Part shown: in pieces, positions 26,148 to 35,135 of the stretch | Layout of the letters: each line of letters begins with the position of its first letter | How positions within the stretch are numbered: the first letter of the stretch is position 1 | Source: Paramoeba atlantica | Lineage: Eukaryota; Protista; Discosea | Direction of reading: 5' to 3' | NCBI GenBank assembly: GCA_977017575.1 | Contig: CDRNVI010000169.1 | Span: forward strand, 1-64,000 | Length of the DNA stretch: 64,000 bases | The notes under the pieces: generated by a model | Database searches by the model: none | The model's input: only the letters and a program-made list of their open reading frames with translations | Told to the model about the DNA's origin: nothing | Position numbers and translations under genes: made by a program

Positions 26148-27246
26148 ATGAATGTCAAAAACTCTTGGGATGCCAGTGTTTTGGGTGATTCAGCGAATTT
26201 TGTTGAAAAGAACCAACAACTCTTGCAGAACTTTTTTTTTTTTGGTTTTTGTTTTTTGGTTCGGTTGAGTTTTGACCTGTGAACTTTTCTCTTTTTATTT
26301 GACTCTCCTCTCTTCTCTCTCTCTGGGTAAAGGGAAAAGAAAAAGAACTGCCAACAACAAATATTTTGGGGGTGATTGGGAACCACTTGAGTTCATTGGA
26401 CCAAAAAAGCGATTGCGAAAGAACGACGACGATGAAAAGAACGACGACGACGAAAAGAACGACGACGATGAAAAGAGTGAAAAGAAAAGCCAACAACACA
26501 AAAAAAAGACGAACAAGACAACAGCGTCAGCGAGAACGACAAACAAGAAGAGGAAATCCCCTTCCATCAACCAAGAACAACAAAAAAAGAAAAAACAGGT
26601 GAAGGAAGTGGGAGGAGATGGGGTGGTAATGATACAAGAAGGTGGTGGCCAGCAGCAGCAGCAAGGTGGGAGGGGGTTAAAAGAAGTCGTTGAAACAACA
26701 ACAAGAAGAGAAGATCCCATTGTGTGTTGTCATTTTGTGGATGCATCTACAACTCAGACTGCTGCTGGATTGCCACAATCTTCAACAATTCACATTTCGT
26801 TGTCTTGGTTTGTTAACTTCTGTGTTGTTTCGAAATTTGAGGAAAGGTTAAGGTGGTCATGGAAGAATAAGAGACGTGCAATCACAGGGAGTTTTCCTCT
26901 GCCTTCTGAGGTGTTTGACTTCTTTTTTCAATCTGTTGGGACTTCTTTTGAGAATGAGAAAAGAATCAAGAAAATAATTACAAAGGTGGAAGACCTCGAA
27001 AAATTGGATCAGAAGTTTGGATCTTCAACTCGATGGCGCAAATGTGATTTTCCTTTGGAAAATGGAGTGGAAGATGGGAAGAATGCGATTGTTCTTCAAT
27101 ATCTTCAACCTTGTGGTATGTGTTGGCCACCAATTATGATGAAGGCAGAATCCCCACTTGAAATTTTCTATGACAAGAAGACATTGTCCATGAAGTTTTC
27201 TGCGTCAGTACAAGGAACGAACTCAACTGATGCTGTTCGTTACTGA
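26148..27246 (+). CDS. Hypothetical protein (basic/acidic low-complexity N-terminus, globular C-terminal ~170 aa)
   Basis: 324-codon ORF 26272-27246, plus a plausible short first exon from ATG 26148 joined by a phase-1 GT-AG intron. Contains (KNDDDE)3. No family recognised. Confidence 0.6.
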
Positions 27247-27793
27247 GTCAGAATGCTGCTGTGTGGGGGGGTGGGTGGGTGAGAGGGAGAAAAGAAAGAG
27301 GTTTTTGAGATCAAATAAATAAAAAAATGAGAATATTGAAGAGTTAAATTTAAAAATTGTCTTGTCTTCAAAAAAAAAAAAAAGAAATATTTTTAATATT
27401 TAAAAAAGAAAAAGAAAAAGAAAAAGAAAAAATAAATATAAAGAATAAAAAGAAATAAGAAAAAAAAAGAAATTTTGGAAGAAACACTTTTATTTTGAAA
27501 ATAAAAAATTGATCTTAATCAAGATTCATCCTCTGCCCATCAGAAAAAATCTCTTCTTTTTTTAATCCTTTAGCTTTCAAGAAGGGGTGTTGGAGAAGAA
27601 AAATCCCAATCCATCTCACAATCCCTGATCAAATTTTAGTTCCAACAGACACTTTCCAAACGAGATTGAAGTTTCACAAAAAAAAAAATTGGTTCTCAAA
27701 AAGAAAAAAAAGGGAAAAAAGAATATTTCCAAATAAAGACTCTTCCAGTCCAAACAAAGAGAGCGACATCAGCACCAGCGTTTTCGCTGCTAT

Positions 27794-27817
27794 GGAATTG
27801 CTGGAAAAACACTTTTA
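27794..27817 (+). repeat. Left terminal inverted repeat
   Basis: 24/24 match to the reverse complement of 29801-29824. Confidence 0.95.
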
Positions 27818-27880
27818 GACCTGAGAATTAAATATTTGAAGAAGCAAAGAATCAAAATAAAAATCAAATTAAAAATTATT

Positions 27881-28747
27881 TTATTTAGCAGGTTTAATAG
27901 GATCAAGAGAGACAATCACATGATCATCATCTTTCTCAAAGGGAATCACAATTGTGACCCAATGAGCATCAGATGTGTTTACTTTTACTTTCTCTCAGTC
28001 TTGGTTAATTGGATAAGGGGAATGAACAAAAATTTCACATTTTTTCTCCTGAAGAGAATACTCATTTGCTTGGATCTTAGTGATGTTAGAAATTTCTTGA
28101 AGGTATGACACACTTGGGGGGGCAGATGTAAGTGCAATAGTGAGGCCATTTGTCTCAAGTTTTTCGATTGCAATTTTGGAATTGAGGAAACGAGAAAAAA
28201 TCAGAATCCAATCCTCTTTTGTCTCGTGGGTGAAGAAGAGACCTCCATCAGAAAGACAAGATCTAACACTTCTCTCAACAACCTCCTCAAGAACAATAAC
28301 CTCCTCCTCATCCCCCTCTTCCTCATCATCCAAGTTTTGAGGTGTATAACCAATGGCCACCTGCTCCGATGCATCTTTCCCTCAAGAAAGAAATTTTAGT
28401 AAATCCAAAAACTAAACTGAAATTGAAAAATAAAACAAACATTTTTCAGGGCGCTTAATACTTGGGTCATTTGGTGGGGTAAGCTTTGCAAGGCCATTAA
28501 GACGAATATAATCAATGCGATTGCTCACACTTTTGCCATTAACATCCTCACCAAGGCTGTGATCAAGTCTGAGCTGGGAAGCAATCTCAGCTGGGGACAA
28601 TCCTTTGTTATAGAGCCTTGCAAGGTCAGCTGTGTACCTGGAAAGAACACTCCCTCTCCGCTTGGATTCCTTTGTGGGAAAGGCTTCCTCTTCCTCCTTT
28701 GTCTTCGTTCTTTTTCTCTTTCCACCACGCAGGTTCGACGAACGCAA
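27881..28747 (-). pseudogene. Transposon accessory gene: NLS + HTH + acidic linker + HSP20/alpha-crystallin-like domain. No ATG (TTG at 28747) and one in-frame TGA (27995-27997)
   Basis: Exon 1 KRKRTK...LARLYNKGLSPAEIASQL...GKSVSNRIDYIR; 60-nt GT-AG intron 28381-28440; exon 2 ...HETKEDWILIF...NGLTIAL...SPYPINQD*EKVKV...HWVTIVIPFEK to TAA at 27881. Confidence 0.65.
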
Positions 28748-28816
28748 AAAAAAAACCAAAAACGGCGTTCCGAAAATTTCCTGCACCCTTTTTTTTTTGG
28801 CTATGAAAACACACAC

Positions 28817-28861
28817 AAAAGTTGCAGGAAAACGTCGGTCCGATGTTTTCCTCCAACTTTT
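28817..28861. promoter_or_regulatory. Imperfect ~21-bp-arm palindrome in the transposon's bidirectional promoter, containing TIR-like motifs
   Basis: AAAAGTTGCAGGAAAACGTCG-gtc-CGATGTTTTCCTCCAACTTTT. Its arms resemble the TIR core TTGCTGGAAAAAC. Function is inferred. Confidence 0.55.
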
Positions 28862-28876
28862 TTTTTTTTTTTTTGA

Positions 28877-29782
28877 ATGGCAGCAGAGACTGATGATGAG
28901 TGGATTTCTCTTGGGAAACGTTACACAAAGTCAATCCAAGAAAGAAATTTTCTATCCTCCTTTGGTCTTCAAGAACTTTACCTGTTTTGTGGGATTGGAT
29001 TCGAAGTTTGGACAATTGGCCAAAGGGGTGGGGCGCTTTAAAGCTTCTTGAAACTCTGAATTTTTTGAAAGATCCTGGACCAAACTGGGCATCCCTTTCT
29101 GCACGATTTGAACATGATCCAAAGACAATACAAAAAAGAATTTGGGAAACTCTTAATCTGATTGATCGTGCTCTTCCAGAGGTATTTTTTTTGTTATTTT
29201 TCTGTGTGTCACCCAGTGATTTTCTCACCCTTTTTTAAGTTTGATCTGTCAGATCAATTTGTTGATTGGCCTCACACTGTTCCTTCTGCTATGATTGATA
29301 CTTTTTTTTGTGTGATTGAGGCACCAGAATTGTTAAGACATGAGTACTATAATCCACATTATTATGGACATGGATTAAAGTACCAAGTTGTGATTGCAAT
29401 TGGCTGCCCAAGAATTTGTGCTTTGTCCCTTGGATTCAGAGGCTCTGCTTCTGATGTTGCAATTTGGAAAAAATCTGGGGTTTTGGAACATATGAGAGAT
29501 GATGAAGTCTTTCTTGCTGATAAATTATATCGTGGGGATCCTTCAAAATTCATCACTCCTTGTCCTGGAAAACGAAACGATTTATCTGAGGAGGACAAAG
29601 CCAGAAATTTTTTAATTTATCGAGCAAGACAAACTGTTGAAAGAGTGATTAAGAGAATGAGGATCTTTGGTGTAATTGCCAGTAAAAGTCACTGGCGATA
29701 TTCTCTTGAATTTCATCAGAAGTGTGTCAAAGTAGTTGGAAAACTCACAAATTTTTCTTTTCTTTTCAACCCACTTGGTTAA
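28877..29782 (+). CDS. DDE transposase (HTH_Tnp_4 + DDE_Tnp_4, IS5/Harbinger-like). One intron (29182-29239) and one -1 frameshift near 28945-28970
   Basis: HTH LLETLNFLK...LSARFEHDPKTIQKRIW. Catalytic-type motifs MIDT, GLKYQVVI, GSASD, LADKLYRG, RARQTVERVIKRMR. Confidence 0.9.
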
Positions 29783-29800
29783 AATCATTCATAAAGTGTT

Positions 29801-29824
29801 TAAAAGTGTTTTTCCAGCAATTCC
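29801..29824 (-). repeat. Right terminal inverted repeat
   Basis: TAAAAGTGTTTTTCCAGCAATTCC followed by AT. Confidence 0.95.
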
Positions 29825-29954
29825 ATTGAGCAAAAGGGCTCCACGAAAATTCGAGAAATTCGAGAAATTCGAAAAAAACTGGCCAAAAAAAAAAAGAAAC
29901 CTTTTTCTTTTTGCGTTTGGGAACCACCGGCTCGAATATTTTTCTCAACAAAGA

Positions 29955-30715
29955 ATGGAGTGTGCTTGGGAAGGTTGTGGGGAAAACAAGCATTTGAAAA
30001 AATGTGGAAAATGTAAAGCAGTTTCCTATTGTTGTGTTTCTCATCAAAGATCTCACTGGCCAATACACAAATGGTCCTGCCACTCGTCTTCGTCGTCTTC
30101 CTCTTTGTCTTCCTCTTCCTCTTCGTCGTCGTCTTCCTCTTTGTCTTCCTCTTCCTCTTCGTCGTCGTCTTCCTCTTCATCGTCGTCTTCCTCTTCGTCG
30201 TCGTCTTCCTCTTTGCCTGGTGAAGAACTTTTTTTTTTGGTTTTTGTTTTTTTGGTTTTTGTTTTTTGGTTTTTGTTTTTTTGTTTTTTTGTTTTTTTTT
30301 TTTGAAAATTGATTCAATAATGGAGGAGGAGACCATTTGGGTGAGTGGAGGGCTCTTAAATGAATCTCGGTCTCCTTCAGACCCAAGGAGAACTCTAGAT
30401 GGGGAGTATGTTCTTCTTGAACAAAAATTCAGTTCAAAAAATCACTATGTTCGAAAAGATTCAGAGGGAAATATCACTGGCAACATTTGTTATCATCAAA
30501 TTGGACAGTGTTGGACAATCAACCCTTTCAAAAGTGCGAGTCTTCGATGGAGTTTGAGCCAAATGGAACAAAATCCTGGTTCTCTTGAACCTCCCTTTGG
30601 AGAATGGTTGCAAGAGAAAGCTTATGAGATGGGAACTAGCGACTATCCGGAAGAGAATCAACATACTGTTGTCTTAGACAGAATGGTTTTTTCTTCTTTT
30701 TTCGAAACATTTTGA
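29955..30715 (+). CDS. MYND zinc-finger protein with poly-Ser linker and uncharacterised C-terminal beta-rich domain
   Basis: CAWEGC...KKCGKCKAVSYCCVSHQRSHWPIHKWSC is a MYND finger. A T-rich intron lies at ~30230-30325; its exact junction is uncertain. Confidence 0.75.
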
Positions 30716-31262
30716 ACTTCTTCTTCTCATATAATTATCAATATCGTTAGGGTGCGAATGTCAAACCTGCCAAAAGATCCTTGTAAAACAATATTTTCGC
30801 CAAAATAGTTTTCTCTGTTCCTGATTTTCTGTGAGATGATGGCGCAAATGAGAAAAAAGAAAAGGGAGATTTTTTTTTTTTGGTGTGGTACTCCATTGAA
30901 GATAATAGAGATCCCAGAACAACTCCATTTTCTCAAAAAGATAGAGGGAAGAGAGAGAGAGGGGGTAAATAGAAGTTACAGGATGATATTATTGTTTTGT
31001 GATATTTTGATGAAAACAGAAAACATTCAAAGATTTGAAAGTAAACTTTTTTTTGAGTTTCTTGTTTGCCAATGCAAGAAAAGGAATCATCACCAAAACT
31101 TTGTTTGTGGAAAACCTTTCGTTTTCCGTCACCGTTTTGTGTTTTAAACTCGAACCAATTTCAGAGAAAAAATTTCTTCTCACGCAGAGAAAAACCAGCA
31201 AAGTTTTTCGACTTTTCTTTTTTTTTGTTGTTGAGGAATTGAACTTTCCGTTTAGTTCAGTC

Positions 31263-32435
31263 ATGGGGTGTGGTTCAAGTCACAATGTCGATGAATCTGC
31301 ATACAACAAGAACAAACAAATCAACCGATACTTGAAAGAGAGCAGCCAACTCAACATTTCAGGAAACATCCGCCTTATGATGCTGGGCCACCAACGATGT
31401 GGAAAAACCACTTTTTGTCAACAGTTGAGAGTGTTGTACAGTGAGGAACCATTCTCCAAGGATGAAAAAGAAGTCTATCGTGAACTCATCCACGCCAAAA
31501 TCGTCTCTGCCTTAGCAAGGCTCTGCGGTGAAGTGTTGGACAGCGAGTCCATTGAATTGCAGGAAGAGAGTAAATTGAGGATGACGAATTTCGAAGAGAA
31601 ATATGGCCAGTTAGCCCCGATTGCAACTCTCACCAGATATGCTCTCAAGATGGGGTATGGTCGGACAAGTTCCAGTGATCTTCAAAATCCTCGCCCAACG
31701 TTTTTGATGAATGAGCAGATGATAAAAGATATTCTCTCACTTTGGAAGGATCCAGCCATTCAAGAATCTTGGCAACACACTACACCCAGCAGCTACGAGC
31801 TGACCTCCCCTCTCTTGGGATACTTCATGGACCATTTTCATCGAATCACAATGGTGGAAGAGGATGAGGAGAAAACCATCTCTTACATCCCAACAGCAGA
31901 AGATATTTTACATTGTGGGTTAAACTACCAAATTATTGAACAGTTCATTTTCCAGGTTGGCGACGACACTTTTGACATATACGAGTATGGAGGAGTCAAA
32001 CCAAGAGCACCAGAGCGAGATTTCTTGGAATATATGGCTAATGCAGCTCTTATTCTCTATTTTCTCTCTATGGATACATATGGGAGATATGAATCTGGAA
32101 ACATATTTGCCTCCGAACTCGAGCACCTCGACGAATTTAAAAAGTGCAAACGATTCCACAACATCAAAATCATCATCTTTCTCTCCAAGTGTGATGTTTT
32201 TCGAAAAATCCTCGAAGATAAACCCCTTTCCTCTGTATTTCCCGAGTTTAAGGGGAAGGATACATATGAGGGAGCGATCGAGTTTGTGAAAGAGAAGGTG
32301 AGAGAGAACGCGGGAGAGAGGGTGGCGTTTGTGGTTGAGACGAATTGTATGGATGTTGGGGATGTGAAGTATGGTTTTGAGAGTGTGCTGGGCACTCTAC
32401 GTCGTTTAACCACCATCAAACCTGCTGTTCGTTAG
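31263..32435 (+). CDS. Atypical heterotrimeric G-protein alpha subunit, intronless
   Basis: MGCGSS lipidation N-terminus, P-loop GHQRCGKT, helical domain (LWKDPAIQESW), YEYGG, LSKCD, TNCMD. 390 aa. Confidence 0.9.
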   Translation: MGCGSSHNVDESAYNKNKQINRYLKESSQLNISGNIRLMMLGHQRCGKTTFCQQLRVLYSEEPFSKDEKEVYRELIHAKIVSALARLCGEVLDSESIELQEESKLRMTNFEEKYGQLAPIATLTRYALKMGYGRTSSSDLQNPRPTFLMNEQMIKDILSLWKDPAIQESWQHTTPSSYELTSPLLGYFMDHFHRITMVEEDEEKTISYIPTAEDILHCGLNYQIIEQFIFQVGDDTFDIYEYGGVKPRAPERDFLEYMANAALILYFLSMDTYGRYESGNIFASELEHLDEFKKCKRFHNIKIIIFLSKCDVFRKILEDKPLSSVFPEFKGKDTYEGAIEFVKEKVRENAGERVAFVVETNCMDVGDVKYGFESVLGTLRRLTTIKPAVR

Positions 32436-32844
32436 TACTACATTCTCTCAGAGTGTGAGAAGAAAAATAGAATCTCCCAATCATCTTTTTTCCTTCCAAG
32501 AATCTCCCAATCTTTTTTTTCTTCCAATCTTTTTTTCTTCCAACCATCTTTCTCTTCTGGATTCGTTGTAAAATGGCTCGTTGTAAAATGGCTCATTCAC
32601 TGATTTTGAGGCCTTCTTATTCTTAGTTTCATTTCACCTTTTCTCCTTTCGCCAATTGATACTGTGATGGACTCCAAACAACCCCGGTTGACATCATTTT
32701 TTCATCTCTTGATGAATTTTGATCAAGAGAATTGCAAAACTACCTTCCCTTTTCGAGTTTTTTTGTCGTATTCTTTTTCTTTGTAATAATTATTTGCTGT
32801 CAAAAGTTGATGACAACTTCTTCTGTGTTGGGAAGACCTCTTGG

Positions 32845-33561
32845 ATGAAGGTGGAACTTGTTTTAAATGCTGTTATTGTGGTCATTCTTGGGTTTGGGCT
32901 TTTCTTCATTAGCGATGAGGTTCGCAATTCATTCCGCAGAATTCATGACTTTGCCCAGGGAGAGACAGGATGATGACTCTCGAACAAATCACACAAAGTA
33001 TTCCTGTGTGTGGTCATCCACAAACAACTCATTCCCTCTTTTTTGAGGAATCTCTTGCGATTGTCACATATCTCTTGCGAAAATGTAACAAATGATTGGA
33101 TTGCTTGTGCGGGGATTGATGCTGCTTTGTCGAGTGATTGCCCACCAACAGCGCTGAATGTTTCTGAGACCTTTCCCCTCATAATTGGTGATGAAGTAGT
33201 AACGTATGGTTTGGGGGGGAGGGCAAATGGATGGAAAGGGACCCTCGTTGGTTATCACGAGAAAATTGAAGCCCCAAACTGGAATGTTCATTCTGTTCCT
33301 CATGTGGAAGGAGAAATGCTCTTTTCAGGACACTCCCAACATGGTGGACTTTCTGGAAGTGGAGTATTGAATGGATATGGTTATGTTGGGATGGCACACG
33401 CAATAGCAAGTGATTTTGATGAGAGAGCGAGTTGGGGAGTCGTGATCCCAGCAAAGTTGATTCAACCTTTGAATATGATACACTTTGCAGAAAACAGTAA
33501 CGTGAAATCCTCAAAGAAAGGAATGGGGAGAAAAAGAAACAACTGGGAAAAAATAAAATAA
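32845..33561 (+). pseudogene. Trypsin-like serine protease with N-terminal TM anchor, disrupted by two frameshifts
   Basis: TM segment MKVELVLNAVIVVILGFGLFF, His motif SHISC, Asp motif IDAAL and Ser motif GGLSGSG are spread over three reading frames, with shifts near 32965 and 33065. Confidence 0.6.
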
Positions 33562-33565
33562 TATT

Positions 33566-35104
33566 TTATGAAGGAACAGTTTCATATCGAGGTCCTGAGG
33601 AATTACCAACCGCCCATCTGATTATCAAAGTGACGCCAATTGCGACAGCTATCATATTGAAATGAATTACTTTCTCACCGAAATAGAAAATAGTGAAAAA
33701 GGAAAAGTGAAAGAAAAAAAAAAGACAAACCAAAGGCACTCAAAACCACAACAATCCAAAGATATTTTGATGTGAATGTGCCTTTTGTTTTCACTGGATC
33801 GATCTCCTGATTTGGCACTCTCTGTTCATAATTTTTTTGTTTAAAAAATAATAATCATAGAATAATAATAATAATAATAAAAGATTTTCAAAAGAAAAGA
33901 AAGAAAGAAAAAAAAAAGAAAAAAAAGAGATACAGCATTTAAAATGGATTCCCAAAACGAGGCTGTCCCCCCATTGAAATAAGGTCTATCATTGTTATTT
34001 TTAATCAATAAACTCTTTTCCTCAACTCCAAAATAACTCAAATATCTGAGTTTTATGCCCCAATCCATGAGCTTTTCCCCTCTCCTTCCTTTCTCTCTTT
34101 CTTTTTCTCAATCCAAAAAACAAACAAACCCAAAAATAACATCTGGCCGATCTTCAAGACCATAACTAGTCACAGATGCCAAAAAGTACTGGGGACTCTG
34201 ACCAATCCGTGTTTTCTCTTCCATGAATGGTCCTCCTGACGATCCTTGTGTTGCATCACCTTGATATTTCAACAAAAAAATTAAGGGAGAGAAAGGAAAG
34301 AAGAAGAAGAAGAAGAAAAAAGATAGGTTTCTCCATAACAACAAAAAAAAGAGGAAGCGAAGAAGAAATAAAAAACATACAGCTAATCCCAACAGGTGAT
34401 GGATCCGGAAAAGTAGTTTGATCTCTTGCGCACATATTACTGTAAATTTATTCTCATTGTCAATTTACGAAAACCTAAGAAGAGAGAAGAGAGAAAAGAG
34501 AAAAGGGAAAAGGGAAAAGGGAAAAGAGAAAAGGGAAAAGAAGTGACCTGATACAAATATGAGCATATTTACCATTGAAAGGATCTACGGCAGGGTATCC
34601 CACAGACTGATACTCTGTCTATTTTTCCTCTTTCAAAAAAGAAAAAGAAAGAAAAAGAAATAAAGAAAATTACAAACAGTTGAGGGTGATAAATCAACAA
34701 CCAAAGGGAGAGAAGATTTCACCGCACTGAAATTGAAATTTCAAATTTCAGATTCATTAACAAAAAGAATTTAACCAAAAAAAAAAGAAAGAGTTTGTGG
34801 CAAATAAAGTGGGGTCAATTTTTGATAAATTTCTTTTTAAAAAAGAATTGAATTTGTCTTTCTGAAAAAAAGAAGGAGAAAAAGTCTGAAATAAACCTTT
34901 GCACATCTTTTGTGAGTCCCAAGACTCCATAATCATAAGACCTTGCTATTTTCAAAATATTAATCAAGAGAAAATTCGGCAAAACATATAATTCAATAAG
35001 AACATTTTACAAACACAGAGAACACAAATCATCAATTAAACAAATCAAAACAAATCAAAACAGATCAAAACAAATCAAAACAAATTCAAACAACTTCACA
35101 AAGT

Positions 35105-35135
<31 letters not shown>

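Larger units (their letters stand above)
27794..29824. mobile_element. PHIS-superfamily DNA transposon (ISL2EU/Pangu-like), 2,031 bp, two divergent genes
   Basis: Identical 24-bp TIRs GGAATTGCTGGAAAAACACTTTTA (27794-27817; reverse complement at 29801-29824), flanked by AT at 27792-27793 and 29825-29826. Internal DDE_Tnp_4-type transposase. Confidence 0.92.

Noticed and set aside
27480-27791. Possible small minus-strand gene (MSLSLFGLEE...) cut off from its promoter by the transposon
   Set aside because: No convincing spliced ORF or recognisable domain.
27995-27997. Selenocysteine or alternative genetic code explanation for the in-frame TGA
   Set aside because: TGA terminates several intact genes here, the position is not a Cys-type site, and I saw no SECIS-like hairpin.
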